Shown here: positions 13,738-23,890 of the stretch, one piece after another
Layout: each line of letters starts with the position of its first letter
Numbering within the stretch: the stretch's first letter is position 1
Origin: Candidatus Latescibacterota bacterium
GTDB lineage: Bacteria; Latescibacterota; UBA2968; UBA8231
Length of the DNA: 64,000 bases
Direction of reading: 5' to 3'
Assembly: GCA_965242865.1 (NCBI GenBank)
Contig: CBDETK010000013.1
Coordinates: forward strand, 3,072,001-3,136,000
The notes under the pieces: model-generated
Database searches by the model: none
What the model saw: the letters and a program-made list of their open reading frames with translations, nothing else
What the model was told of the DNA's origin: nothing
Translations under genes and position numbers: made by a program

Positions 13738-14706
13738 ATGGTAACTCGCGAACAAATCCAAGCCCAGCTCGACAACTGCCTGCTGGAGGCCAAATTCCCC
13801 CAATGGGAGTCGCACTACAAGCGCGGGAAGGTGCGCGATATGTACCTCCTCGAAAACCATCGCGTCCTGATCACGACGGATCGCCAGAGCGCGTTTGACC
13901 ATGTGCTCGGCACCATTCCCCTCAAGGGCCAAGTGCTCAACCGCCTTGCCCAGTTCTGGTTTGAGCAGACCCAAGACATCGCCCCCAATCAAATCATCGC
14001 GGTGCCCGACGCCAACGTCACCGTCGCCCGCGAGCTAGACATCTTGCCCGTTGAGGTGGTGGTGCGCAAGTATCTAACGGGCAGTTCGGACACCGCCATC
14101 TGGACCCACTACAACAGAGGCGTCCGCCACTATTGCGGCCACGCGCTGCCCGATGGCATGGTCAAAAACCAGCCCTTCAACGAAGCGATTATCACGCCGA
14201 CGACCAAGGACGACGTCCACGACGAATTGATTTCGCGCGACGAGATCATCGCCCAAGGCTTGGTGCCCGCAGACTCTTGGGCCCAAGTCGAGGAGATCGC
14301 CTTCGCGCTCTTTGCGCGCGGCGAGGAGCTAGCGGCCCAGCAGGGGCTAATCCTCGTGGATACCAAGTACGAGATGGGGCTAGACGCGGACGGGCGCATC
14401 ACGCTCGCCGACGAGATCCACACGCCCGACTCGTCGCGCTTCTGGATCAGAGATACCTACGCAGAACGCCACGCATGCGGCGAAGAGCCCGAAAGCCTCG
14501 ACAAGGAGTTTTTGCGCCTTTGGCTGCGCGACAAGGGCATCTCCGACGACAATATCCCCGCCCTCGACGACGACATCCGCATCCAAGTGGCCGAGCGTTA
14601 CATCGACCTTTTCCAACGGGTTACAGGCACGAGCTTCAAAGCCGAGCTCGGCGCAAAGCCGGTCTTGCAGCGCATTGAGGAGCGGATTTCGGAGTACCTC
14701 CGCTAA
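13738..14706 (+). CDS. purC: SAICAR synthetase
   Basis: RGKVRDMY, TDRQSAFD, TPTTK, LVDTKYEMG, DEIHTPDSSRFW, SLDKEFLR. Confidence 0.97.
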   Translation: MVTREQIQAQLDNCLLEAKFPQWESHYKRGKVRDMYLLENHRVLITTDRQSAFDHVLGTIPLKGQVLNRLAQFWFEQTQDIAPNQIIAVPDANVTVARELDILPVEVVVRKYLTGSSDTAIWTHYNRGVRHYCGHALPDGMVKNQPFNEAIITPTTKDDVHDELISRDEIIAQGLVPADSWAQVEEIAFALFARGEELAAQQGLILVDTKYEMGLDADGRITLADEIHTPDSSRFWIRDTYAERHACGEEPESLDKEFLRLWLRDKGISDDNIPALDDDIRIQVAERYIDLFQRVTGTSFKAELGAKPVLQRIEERISEYLR

Positions 14707-14716
14707 TTAGAGCGCT

Positions 14717-14902
14717 ATGGTCAAAAACTTGCTCCGCGCCTTTTTGGTCTTTCGCTTGGAGTTTCACCAGCCCACCCTCCACGTCGAGGCCATGTTGAGC
14801 TATTGGCGGCGAACCCCCATCGTCCAGTACGTGATTGAAGACGACGGCGCCGAGCGCAGCCTCGCGCTTGAGCACCGGCTCGACGAGATTTATCCCTTCT
14901 AA
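14717..14902 (+). CDS. Small hypothetical protein (61 aa)
   Basis: Fills the gap after purC; its stop overlaps the next start (TAATG). Confidence 0.5.
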   Translation: MVKNLLRAFLVFRLEFHQPTLHVEAMLSYWRRTPIVQYVIEDDGAERSLALEHRLDEIYPF

Positions 14903-15180
14903 TGCTGCATCGCCAGCTCAGAAACGCCTTGGAGGAAATTTTCGGCGTGTCCTTTGTCGCCGAGGCACTCGCCAACGCGCCCATTGCCCACGTCGTCCTG
15001 TACGAGCGGCGCGAGGATTTCAAAAAGGCCGTCCGCGGCTTCCAGCGGATCAATTTCCGCGACGAACACACCGCGTATGCCGAGGACCTGGAGCGCGAGT
15101 TGAGCATCGCCCTCATCTGCGCCCTCCTCGACAACGACACGCGCGCGCTGGTTTCCGAACTCGGTCTCAACTATCTATAG
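14902..15180 (+). CDS. Small hypothetical protein (92 aa)
   Basis: Protein-like composition and host-like codon use; translationally coupled to the upstream ORF. Confidence 0.7.
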   Translation: MLHRQLRNALEEIFGVSFVAEALANAPIAHVVLYERREDFKKAVRGFQRINFRDEHTAYAEDLERELSIALICALLDNDTRALVSELGLNYL

Positions 15181-15200
15181 CAATCCTACATCATTCAAGA

Positions 15201-15227
15201 CTGGATTCCCGCTTTCGCGGGAATGAC
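15201..15227. repeat. REP-like palindromic element
   Basis: CTGGATTCCCGCTTTCGCGGGAATGAC. Its complement GTCATTCCCGCGAAAGCGGGAATCCAG matches a widespread REP/dRS3-like element. Confidence 0.75.
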
Positions 15228-15288
15228 GCCTCTATACAAAACAGGGCCGATGAACATTCCATGCTTTCAAGTCATTTAGGGTAGCTAT

Positions 15289-16758
15289 ATGAGCAAGCTG
15301 CTCGCCTTTGACCTAGGGGCCGAGAGCGGCCGCGCCATCGTCGGGCATTTCGACGGCGAGCACCTAGTGCTAGAAGATCTGCACCGCTTTGCAAACGGTC
15401 CCGTTCGCGTGTTCGACCGGCTCTACTGGGATCCGTTGCGCCTCTTCGCCGAGATGAAGCAGGCCCTCGGCCTCTTTGCCCGCACCCATGGCCAAGACCT
15501 CGACGCGCTGGGCGTCGATACTTGGGGCGTCGATTTTGCCCTCCTCGGCCCCGACGACGCGCTCTTGGACAATCCGCGCAACTACCGCGACCCGCGCACC
15601 GACGGCATGTTGGCGGAAGCCTTCGCCCGGGTGCCGCGCGAGGAAATTTTTGCCCGCACCGGCGTACAGTTTTTGCCGCTCAACACCTTGTACCAACTGC
15701 TTTCGTTGCGCGACTCGCCCGTGCTAAAATGGGCGCAGACCTTCCTGATGATGGCCGACCTTTTCAATTTTTACTTTACCGGCACTAAGACTTGCGAGTT
15801 TTCCAACGCCACGACCACCCAGTTCTACGACCCGCGCCGAGGTCGGTGGTCGGTCGAGCTCCTGGAAGGGCTGGGGCTGCCGACCCATTTCCTGCCCCAG
15901 ATCGTCCAACCCGGAACCCGCCTAGGCTCGCTCCTGCCTTCTATTGCCGCTGAAACAGGGCTTCGTTCGGTCCCGGTTATCGCTCCAGCTACTCACGATA
16001 CGGGCGCGGCCGTGGCGGCCGTGCCCGCCCAAGGCCGCGACTACGCCTATATCAGCTCGGGCACTTGGTCGCTGATGGGCGTCGAGCTCGACCAGCCGCT
16101 CATCAGCGAGCAGGCATTCCAGTACAACTTCACCAACGAAGGCGGCTTCGGGCCGACCTACCGCTTCCTCAAAAACATCATGGGGCTGTGGCTGATACAG
16201 GAATGCCGGCGCACGTGGCAGCGCGAGGGACGCCCCTTTTCGTACGACGCGCTGACGGCCATGGCCCAAAGCACCCCCCCCTTTACCGCTTTCGTCGATC
16301 CAGACGCCGAGTGCTTTCTCGCGCCGGGCGATATGCCGGCCCGAATCCGCGCCTATTGCCAAGAGACGGGCCAAACCATTCCCGCCGACGAAGGGCACGT
16401 CGTGCGCGTGGCCCTCGAAAGCCTGGCGTTTAAGTACCGCTACGTCCTCGACGCGCTAGAGGCCATTCTAGGCCGCCGCCTCGAATGCATCCACATCGTC
16501 GGCGGCGGGATCCAAAATCGCCTGCTCTGCCAATTCACCGCCTCGGCGACCGGCCGGCCGGTCGTGGCCGGGCCGCTCGAAGCGACGGCCATCGGCAATG
16601 TAATGCTCCAGCTCATTGGCCTCGGCCAACTCGCCTCGCTGGCCGAAATCCGCCAAGTGGTGCGGCACTCCTTCGCGCCCGTTGAGTACGAGCCGGAACG
16701 AGCCGCCGCTTGGGACGCGGCCTACGACCGCTTCCGCTCGCTGCTCCCCCCGGCCTGA
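15289..16758 (+). CDS. rhaB: Rhamnulokinase (FGGY family)
   Basis: AFDLGAESGR, GVDTWGVD, YRDPRT, NTLYQL, HDT, SSGTWSLMG, TNEGG, KNIMGLW. Confidence 0.92.
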   Translation: MSKLLAFDLGAESGRAIVGHFDGEHLVLEDLHRFANGPVRVFDRLYWDPLRLFAEMKQALGLFARTHGQDLDALGVDTWGVDFALLGPDDALLDNPRNYRDPRTDGMLAEAFARVPREEIFARTGVQFLPLNTLYQLLSLRDSPVLKWAQTFLMMADLFNFYFTGTKTCEFSNATTTQFYDPRRGRWSVELLEGLGLPTHFLPQIVQPGTRLGSLLPSIAAETGLRSVPVIAPATHDTGAAVAAVPAQGRDYAYISSGTWSLMGVELDQPLISEQAFQYNFTNEGGFGPTYRFLKNIMGLWLIQECRRTWQREGRPFSYDALTAMAQSTPPFTAFVDPDAECFLAPGDMPARIRAYCQETGQTIPADEGHVVRVALESLAFKYRYVLDALEAILGRRLECIHIVGGGIQNRLLCQFTASATGRPVVAGPLEATAIGNVMLQLIGLGQLASLAEIRQVVRHSFAPVEYEPERAAAWDAAYDRFRSLLPPA

Positions 16759-16861
16759 TCCGGGCCGGAACCGCGCCCTTCCTCCGTCGTCTTACTTGCA
16801 CAGGCGCGCTAGAGCGCACTGTGGCACCGTTGCTCATCACTTTTCGCTGGCGTGGGCTACT

Positions 16862-17710
16862 ATGGGAAAGAGCAGCCTCGATTCGCTGGGTCTGACCGAG
16901 TCCTACTGGCGCGACATTCAGCACTTTCAGCCGCTGAGCCGCCAACGGGAGATCGAGTTGGTACACCGAGCACACACGGGCGACGAGCGCGCCATGCACC
17001 AGATTGTCGAAGCCAATTTGCGCTTTGTCGTCCGCATTGCGCGGGGCTACCACGGGCGTGGGCTTTCCTTTATGGAGCTGATTTCCGAGGGCAACCTCGG
17101 GTTGCTCGAAGCGGTCCAGCGGTTTGACGAGACGCGCGGCTTTAAGTTCATCACCTATGCGGTGTGGTGGATTCGCCAAGCGATTCTCCGGGCCTTAGCC
17201 GAACACGGCAAAATTGCCCGCCCGCCCCTGAGCCGGGTCAATGACCTGCAAAAGGTCGAGCGCTGGCGGGGTATCCTCGCGCAAAAACTAGGGCGCGACC
17301 CCATCCCAGAAGAAATCGCCACCAGCGCCGGATTATCGCTGGAGCGGACGCACAATGCCCTGTACATGGCCCAACCCGATGTCTCTATGGACGCGCCGAC
17401 CGCGCTCGACGAGCGGGAGTCGCTACTGGCCTCTTTTGCGGCTGGTACGCCCGATCCGGCCGATAGCTACGAGCGCGCCGCGCTTTCCCACACCTTGCAT
17501 GCCTGCCTCGACCTGCTCGACCGGCGCGAGCGCGTCGTCGTCCGCGCGTACTTCGGCCTCGACGACCAAGAGCCGCAGACGCTCGAACAAATCGGCGGCC
17601 AATTGGGCCTCACCCGCGAGCGGGTGCGCCAGCTCAGAGACGAAGCCCTCGACAAAATGCGAACCCACGCTGGCGATTTACTACTCGAGCTTTCCAACGC
17701 GCTTGCCTAG
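16862..17710 (+). CDS. RpoD/SigA-family sigma-70 factor (short, no region 1.1)
   Basis: EANLRFVV, ELISEGNLGL, RFDETRGFKFITYAVWWIRQAI, TLEQIG..LTRERVRQ. Confidence 0.93.
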   Translation: MGKSSLDSLGLTESYWRDIQHFQPLSRQREIELVHRAHTGDERAMHQIVEANLRFVVRIARGYHGRGLSFMELISEGNLGLLEAVQRFDETRGFKFITYAVWWIRQAILRALAEHGKIARPPLSRVNDLQKVERWRGILAQKLGRDPIPEEIATSAGLSLERTHNALYMAQPDVSMDAPTALDERESLLASFAAGTPDPADSYERAALSHTLHACLDLLDRRERVVVRAYFGLDDQEPQTLEQIGGQLGLTRERVRQLRDEALDKMRTHAGDLLLELSNALA

Positions 17711-17811
17711 CAAGACGCGCCCTTGCTGCGGCCAAAGGGCTTGATAGGGCGCGGCAAAAGGCTTTCTTTCATTAAACAGGACTTTGAATAGCCTTTTCAC
17801 CCAATAAAGCC

Positions 17812-18639
17812 ATGTCTTACAACTTAGCTGATCTCCATACGCATTCCCTGTGCTCCGACGGGTTGCGGACGCCGACTGAAGCCGTCGAAGAGGCTTGCGA
17901 AGCGGGCTTGCAAGCGATGAGCTTGACCGATCACGACACGGTCCAGGGCGTCCCTGAGGCCACGGCGGCCGGCGAGCGGATGGCTATGGAGGTGGTGCCC
18001 GGCACCGAGTTGAGTGCCCACATCCGCGACCGCGAAGTACACATTCTCGCCTACTGCATCGACTACCAAGACGACCAGCTCGGCGCGACGCTCGCCCAGT
18101 CTTTTCAAGCCCGCTACCAGCGGGGAATCGCCATCATCAAAGCACTCAACGCAATGGGGCTGGCCGTCAGCCTCGACGATGTGCTCTTCCAAGCCCAAGG
18201 CAGCCCGCTCGGGCGGCCGCACATCGCCGCGGCCATGGTCGAAAACGGCCTAGTCGCCGACAAGGACGAAGCCTTTAGCCGCTACATCGGCGATCGCGGG
18301 CCGGCTTTTAGGCCCAAACCCTACACCGCGGCCAAAGATCTCATCACCCTCATCCACCGCACCGGGGGAGTGGCCGTGCTCGCCCACCCCAGCATCCGTC
18401 TCCTCGAGTCCATCATTGAGCAGTTGGTCGCCTACGGGCTCGACGGCATCGAGGTCTTCCACCCAGCCCACCAGCCGGCGCAAATGGAATACTACGATCA
18501 ACTCGCCGACCGCTACGGCCTGATCAAGTCGGGCGGGTCCGACAGCCACGGCGGCGACCAAGGCACCCGCATCGGCGAGTACGGAGTCGGGTACGAAGTA
18601 ATCGAGGCCATGCGCGAGCGGGCCGCCACTTATGCTTGA
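17812..18639 (+). CDS. PHP-domain phosphoesterase (TrpH/YciV-like)
   Basis: DLHTHSLCSDG, LTDHD, GRPHIA, LAHP, GGSDSHG. Confidence 0.92.
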   Translation: MSYNLADLHTHSLCSDGLRTPTEAVEEACEAGLQAMSLTDHDTVQGVPEATAAGERMAMEVVPGTELSAHIRDREVHILAYCIDYQDDQLGATLAQSFQARYQRGIAIIKALNAMGLAVSLDDVLFQAQGSPLGRPHIAAAMVENGLVADKDEAFSRYIGDRGPAFRPKPYTAAKDLITLIHRTGGVAVLAHPSIRLLESIIEQLVAYGLDGIEVFHPAHQPAQMEYYDQLADRYGLIKSGGSDSHGGDQGTRIGEYGVGYEVIEAMRERAATYA

Positions 18640-18662
18640 GCCGCAGTAAAAACGCTCGCTTG

Positions 18663-20324
18663 ATGACCTCTTTCTTTTTTCGGCCGGCCCTCCTCTGCTC
18701 CTTTGCGTTGCTCGTCCTCGCGCTGCATCTATCGCCCGGCCACGCGCTCCGGCCCCAGCGGTTCCACCAAGCATCCGAGCCTATCCGCGGGCTATTCGGC
18801 ACCTCAATCGGCGACGTCGTTTGGAGTGGGCGTTATCTATGGGTCGGCACTGAAAGTGGAGTGGCGCGGCTCGATCCCGCGCAAAGCAACGGCCTCAACA
18901 CTACGGACTGGGCCACCTTTACCGAGCTCAACGGCCTCGGCCGCGGTGCGATCAGTGCCCTCGCCGCGGTCGGCGATACCGTGTGGGTAGCCACCTTGGT
19001 CGACTCGGTCATCGCTGGGCAGGGCGCGAGGCAAGCGGGCACGGGGTTGAGCTTTTCCCACGATGGCGGTCGCTCCTGGCGACACCTTCCCAACGAGTTC
19101 ATTTTCGACCCCTCCAAGCCCGGTTTTGAGCGCACTCCCGGCACGACCATCCTCAATGCTTGTTTTGACATCTCCATCACTGGGGACGCCGTGTACGCCG
19201 CCTTCTTCGCCGGCTCGACCGTGCGCTCGCTCGACCAAGGCCGCACTTGGGAACCCTTCTTGCCCGGCGGCGCCGACGAGATCGTCTTTTTCGCCAGAGA
19301 AACGGCCGCCGACAGCCTGCGAAATGTGGCCGATAGCCTCGCCAGCGACAACGCCGATCCGAGCAGAATCGCCTCGCTGCGAACAACCGCCGACAGCTTG
19401 GCCAGCCAAGAGTTCCTGCACCGCACTTTTGCGGTTATGGCTTACGGGGATACGGTGTGGGTCGGCACTTCGGGTGGAATCGCCTTCACCTTTGATGGGG
19501 GCCAACATTGGCAAAACGCCAAAGTGCGCCTCAGCGAAGAGGGCCTTCCCCTCCCGAGCCAGCCAGCCGGCAACTGGGTCGTCGCCCTCGATCGCCAAAT
19601 CCTACCGGACGGCACCACTGCCATCTGGGCGGGAACCAGTACCACAGCGCCCGGCCAAACCCAAGCCATCAGCGTCAGCCGCGACCTCGGCCAGACTTGG
19701 ATGCACACCGGGCCGACTTTTGCTTGGGATGTTGCTTTTACTGCCAATTTTGTTTGGGCTGCCACCGACCAAGGGCTGCTGGCCAGCCCGGACCCAACCC
19801 TGACGACCGACTCAGAGCGCGTCTGGGACCCAATAGAAGTCGTCGATGGCCAGCCCCTAACCGGCACCTTCGTCGGGATTGCCGGGGTGGGCGATGTGCT
19901 TTGGGTGGGAGCCGAGCAGGGCCTGGGACGCTCTGCGGACGAGGGGGCCACTTGGCGCGTCATCCGCGACCTAATTCGCACCCGCACCGTGGACGGAGGG
20001 ACCTTCGTCGGCGCGGGCGGCGTGGCCGACAGCACTGCCCTCGCGTATGCAGCCCCCAATCCTTTCGCACCTTCGCGCGAAGCGGCGACCATCGTCTTTA
20101 GCCTGTCGCGGGACGCCACGGTCTCGGTCGCGATCTACGACTTTGCCAGCGGCCTCGTCCGCACCCTCGCGGCCAACGCGCCCTTTGCGGGTGGCGTTGA
20201 TCACCGCGTCCTTTGGGATGGCCGCGACCAAGGCGGCCAACCAGTAGCCAATGGCACGTACTTTTACCGCATTGCCCTAACCACCGGCCAACAGACCTTT
20301 GGCCGAGTAGTGGTGCTCGATTGA
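18663..20324 (+). CDS. Secreted Asp-box beta-propeller protein with FlgD-Ig/T9SS-like C-terminal domain
   Basis: Signal peptide; Asp-box repeats SHDGGRSW, SLDQGRTW, TFDGGQHW, SRDLGQTW, SADEGATW; C-terminal APNPF...WDGRD..G.YFY. Confidence 0.8.
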   Translation: MTSFFFRPALLCSFALLVLALHLSPGHALRPQRFHQASEPIRGLFGTSIGDVVWSGRYLWVGTESGVARLDPAQSNGLNTTDWATFTELNGLGRGAISALAAVGDTVWVATLVDSVIAGQGARQAGTGLSFSHDGGRSWRHLPNEFIFDPSKPGFERTPGTTILNACFDISITGDAVYAAFFAGSTVRSLDQGRTWEPFLPGGADEIVFFARETAADSLRNVADSLASDNADPSRIASLRTTADSLASQEFLHRTFAVMAYGDTVWVGTSGGIAFTFDGGQHWQNAKVRLSEEGLPLPSQPAGNWVVALDRQILPDGTTAIWAGTSTTAPGQTQAISVSRDLGQTWMHTGPTFAWDVAFTANFVWAATDQGLLASPDPTLTTDSERVWDPIEVVDGQPLTGTFVGIAGVGDVLWVGAEQGLGRSADEGATWRVIRDLIRTRTVDGGTFVGAGGVADSTALAYAAPNPFAPSREAATIVFSLSRDATVSVAIYDFASGLVRTLAANAPFAGGVDHRVLWDGRDQGGQPVANGTYFYRIALTTGQQTFGRVVVLD

Positions 20325-21235
20325 AAACGCTCTTCGCGCTATTGCTCGCGGCCTCGGCCGCGCACGGGGCCGATTTTGCCGCGGCCTTTCTCAGAACGGG
20401 GCTGGGGGCCCGCGGCCTAGGGCTGGGGGCCTTTGTCGCCGCGGCCGACGATGCGTCGTCTCCCTACTGGAATCCGGCCGGCCTCGCCCGCCTGCGCGGC
20501 AAGACCCTCCAGACCTCCATGCAGTCGCGCTCGCTCGGGCGGCAGCAAGGCAGTGCCGCTGTCGCGCTCAATGTGCGCGGCGACATGGGCTTTGGCTTTG
20601 CTTGGTCTCATGCCGCAGTCGGCGGGATCAAGGGCCGCACGGCTAGCGGTCAGTACACTGGGCCAATCGAGGATCGAGCCAACGCTTTTATCTTGGGAAT
20701 CGGGCGCGCCTTTGGGCCGCGCCTCGCGGTTGGTTTGGCCGTTAAAATCCTCAGACAGGGCATCCGCATTCCCGCCGCTCCCCAAGCCACGGCCAACGGC
20801 ACAGGCTTTGACTTGGGGGTGCAGTTTCGCGTGGCCGAGCATACTTGGCTCGGCGCGAGCGCAGCCAATTTTGGCACTGGACTCACTTGGAAGGTGCGCC
20901 GCGCCGACCAGCGGTCGAATACCACGGAGAATGCCCTGCCGCGCATCCTCGTCTTGGGCGCCTCCCAGCGGCTGTTGGAGGTCCTGCTGTTGGCCGCCGA
21001 GCTGCGCGCCGATGGAGAGCAGAGCGTCAACCTCGGGGCCGAGTGGCAGCTCAGTGCGTTGCTCGCAATGCGCGGCGGCCTCCACCGCCTCGGGGCCGAA
21101 GACGGGGGCCAGCTCTCGGTTGGGCTGACCTTGCACCCCATGCACCGCGAGACCTTGCAATTCCAATACGCGTACTTAACCGATCCCCTCGGCGCTGGGG
21201 GCCGCACGACCGTGGGGCTAGTGCTGGCGTTCTGA
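20321..21235 (+). CDS. PorV/PorQ (UPF0164)-like outer-membrane beta-barrel
   Basis: TTG start overlapping the upstream stop; FLRTGLGARGLGLG..AADDASSPYWNPAGL; FDLG; C-terminal F. Confidence 0.8.
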   Translation: MKTLFALLLAASAAHGADFAAAFLRTGLGARGLGLGAFVAAADDASSPYWNPAGLARLRGKTLQTSMQSRSLGRQQGSAAVALNVRGDMGFGFAWSHAAVGGIKGRTASGQYTGPIEDRANAFILGIGRAFGPRLAVGLAVKILRQGIRIPAAPQATANGTGFDLGVQFRVAEHTWLGASAANFGTGLTWKVRRADQRSNTTENALPRILVLGASQRLLEVLLLAAELRADGEQSVNLGAEWQLSALLAMRGGLHRLGAEDGGQLSVGLTLHPMHRETLQFQYAYLTDPLGAGGRTTVGLVLAF

Positions 21236-21239
21236 CCGA

Positions 21240-22097
21240 GTGATGGCTCTCTTATTGGTCGCGCTCTTAACGCTGCCCACGGCTCTGGCCGCGGCCGGGC
21301 TGCCCTCGCTACGCCAAGGGGGCGGGGCGTCAGCCGCGGCCTTGGCCGGCGCGGCGACAGCCTTGCTCAGTGCCCAATCCCTCAACCCGGCGGCCCGGCA
21401 ATCGCGTGGGCGCAGCGTCGCCTTTAACCACCAAGTCTCGATCCAGAACATCCGCCACAACCAGCTACACCTGACGCAGGCTCGCGGCCCCAGTACATGG
21501 GGGCTTTCCGCCCAACTATTGCACGACGGCGACCTAGAGCGGCGCACCGGCCCCTCGACCGAGCCGCTGGGGCGCTTTGGCGTGCATGAGGGAGCGGTTG
21601 GCCTGAGCTATGCCCGCAAGCTGGAGCGGACGCGCCTCGGCGTGCAGTTAAAATTCATCCGCCAGTCCATTTCCACGCAAAACGCCAGCGGTGTGGCCGC
21701 TGATTTTGGGCTGGTGTTTGATGTCGCGGCCCGCTTGCGCTTGGGGGCCACTGTGCGGAACTTGGGCCGCATGAACCGCCTCGACCGCCGGGAGACCGAC
21801 CTGCCCTTAGAAGCTCGCGTCGGCGTCGCTTGGGTCGGCCGGGCCGACATGCGCGTGGCGGTTGAAGCGCAAAAGGCCCGCGGCGACGACCTCACCCTGC
21901 ATCTGGGCGGCGAGTACCGGGCCGGCGAGCGCTTGCGCCTGCGTGCGGGCTATCAGAACACTGAAAACCGCGGCCTCGCGGCCGGGCTGGGCCTCGTGGG
22001 CAAGCACTGGGTCATCGACTACGCTTATGTGCCTTTTGGCGCGGGCTGGGGCGACGCGCACTGGGTCAGCCTCCAGCTAGAAAGGGCAACCCCTTGA
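21240..22097 (+). CDS. Second, more divergent PorV/PorQ (UPF0164)-like beta-barrel
   Basis: LNPAA, AADFG, NLG, LRAGY, IDYAYVPFG..GDAHWVS. Confidence 0.75.
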   Translation: MMALLLVALLTLPTALAAAGLPSLRQGGGASAAALAGAATALLSAQSLNPAARQSRGRSVAFNHQVSIQNIRHNQLHLTQARGPSTWGLSAQLLHDGDLERRTGPSTEPLGRFGVHEGAVGLSYARKLERTRLGVQLKFIRQSISTQNASGVAADFGLVFDVAARLRLGATVRNLGRMNRLDRRETDLPLEARVGVAWVGRADMRVAVEAQKARGDDLTLHLGGEYRAGERLRLRAGYQNTENRGLAAGLGLVGKHWVIDYAYVPFGAGWGDAHWVSLQLERATP

Positions 22098-23038
22098 ACT
22101 TCTGGCGCAAAACAAGGTCGCCCGCGGTGCCGCCCTCTCCGACCCAACGTCCCAATTCCTCGCGCTTGTGGGTCCACCTGCTGCTGTTTTTCTCGACCGT
22201 TGCTTCGACTGCGACGGCCGGCGCCATGCAGCAAGGGGTTGACCCGCTGAGCAGCCTCGCGGCGTGGGTCCACCTCGTCGAGGGCATCCCGTTTGCCGCG
22301 ACCTTGATCTTCATTCTCGCGGTCCACGAATTTGGCCACTACTTTGCCGCGCGTCGCTGGGGCGTCAGGGCCTCGCTGCCGTACTTTCTCCCCCTGCCTT
22401 ACGTTTCCTTCCTCGGCACTTTGGGCGCGGTCATCAAAATTCGCTCTCCCATCCCCAACAAGCGCGCCCTCCTCGACATTGGCGCGGCTGGCCCGCTGGC
22501 GGGCTTTGTCGTCGCGCTCGCGGCCTGCTTTGTCGGGCTGTCGCGCTCGGCCGTGGTTTCGGCCGATTCCTTTCACTCCGCCCCCATCGAATTGGGGGCG
22601 CCCTTGCTCTTTTCCGGCATCGCCGCGCTCGTCTTGCCCGCCATTGGGCCGGACCAGCTAGTCCTTTTAGACCCGGTGGCTTTTGCCGGTTGGGTTGGGC
22701 TGTTTATTACGGCCTTCAATCTCTTTCCGATCGGCCAACTCGACGGGGGCCACATCGCGTACGCTCTCTTTGGCCCCCGGCACCGGCAGATCGCCCGCAC
22801 GGCGTACGTCGCGTTGCTGGCCTTGGGCGTTTACGGGATCCTGTCGCTGCTGTGGGAATGGCCCCAAGGATGGCCGGGGTGGCTCGCGCTGGCCTTTTTT
22901 CTCGCGATCTTTGGCAGGGATCACCCGGCTCCCTACGACCCCTTCGTCGCGCTGAACCGCAGCCGGCACGTTGTCGGCTACCTCTGCCTGCTGGTCTTTG
23001 TCGTCTGTTTCGCGCCCGTGCCTTTTGTCGCCCACTGA
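22094..23038 (+). CDS. Site-2 protease (M50) family intramembrane metalloprotease
   Basis: HEFGH, AGPLAG, NLFPIGQLDGGH. Confidence 0.93.
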   Translation: MNFWRKTRSPAVPPSPTQRPNSSRLWVHLLLFFSTVASTATAGAMQQGVDPLSSLAAWVHLVEGIPFAATLIFILAVHEFGHYFAARRWGVRASLPYFLPLPYVSFLGTLGAVIKIRSPIPNKRALLDIGAAGPLAGFVVALAACFVGLSRSAVVSADSFHSAPIELGAPLLFSGIAALVLPAIGPDQLVLLDPVAFAGWVGLFITAFNLFPIGQLDGGHIAYALFGPRHRQIARTAYVALLALGVYGILSLLWEWPQGWPGWLALAFFLAIFGRDHPAPYDPFVALNRSRHVVGYLCLLVFVVCFAPVPFVAH

Positions 23039-23040
23039 GC

Positions 23041-23799
23041 ATGCTCTCGTCCCGATCCCTTCTGCTTGCGGTGCTGTTGGCAGGCTGCGCCATCGGGGAC
23101 AGCGAACAAGTGGATTGTCGCTGTGTGCCCGACGCGACGAGCGTCCAGCTTTTTCCCCACTGCGCGGACGTCACCGTCGAGGAGGCGCGCCCGGACCCTA
23201 AGACCCCGCTATCGACCCAAATTCCCGATTGCCCCAGCGGCCCCCAACTCTTCCTGCGCGAGCGCACGCGCCCCGAAGCGGTGCTGGCCAATCTCGCTTC
23301 TATCTTTCAAGCCCAACCCGAGTTCCGCAGCCCCCAACAGTACATGGATCAGTTCACCGACGATTTTGTCTTCGTCCCCGACCCCGAGGACGTGCAGCTA
23401 TACCCAGAGATCTACGACGCCGACCGCGACACCCTCTGGGCAGCGGCCGAGGAGCACAACTTCGCCCGCCTCATTCTCTCGCCGGAGCGGATCCATAGCG
23501 CGCGCTTTGTGCGCTGGTTCAACTCGTCCGCGGACGAGCGCATCCTCTCCGACGACGAGCTGCGCCAGACCTTTATCTTTCCCTACGAAGCCGAGTTCGT
23601 CGAGCGAGTCAGCGCGACCGAGTCAGACGCCGCGGAAACGACGTTTAACACCATCGGCATTAAGGGGGTTGCGGAAATCGACTTGGTGACGCTAACGGCG
23701 GAAAATCCCGTGTGGTCCATCGCGGCTTGGCGCGACCAGCGCGCCCGAGCTTCGGCCAAGTTCTCTTGGGGGGAGCTGCGGGCGATCTTCTCGCAGTGA
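23041..23799 (+). CDS. Hypothetical lipoprotein (NTF2-like fold suspected)
   Basis: MLSSRSLLLAVLLAGC lipobox; PEAVLANL...FTDDFVFVP; ends SWGELRAIFSQ. The upstream 511-aa extension is a shadow of the M50 gene. Confidence 0.75.
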   Translation: MLSSRSLLLAVLLAGCAIGDSEQVDCRCVPDATSVQLFPHCADVTVEEARPDPKTPLSTQIPDCPSGPQLFLRERTRPEAVLANLASIFQAQPEFRSPQQYMDQFTDDFVFVPDPEDVQLYPEIYDADRDTLWAAAEEHNFARLILSPERIHSARFVRWFNSSADERILSDDELRQTFIFPYEAEFVERVSATESDAAETTFNTIGIKGVAEIDLVTLTAENPVWSIAAWRDQRARASAKFSWGELRAIFSQ

Positions 23800-23890
23800 A
23801 CGCTCGGCGCGTTCCTAATTCTCTTGTACTGCTCGAATAATGTATATTTCAAGGAGCACAACGAACCCCGTAACGAAATGGAGTACGACC

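Noticed and set aside
16820-16840. Sigma-54 promoter (TGGCAC...TTGC) before the sigma factor
   Set aside because: GG-to-GC spacing does not fit the -24/-12 geometry.
22264-23040. N-terminal extension giving a 511-aa ORF
   Set aside because: Overlaps the M50 gene in another frame; the real start is the lipoprotein ATG at 23041.
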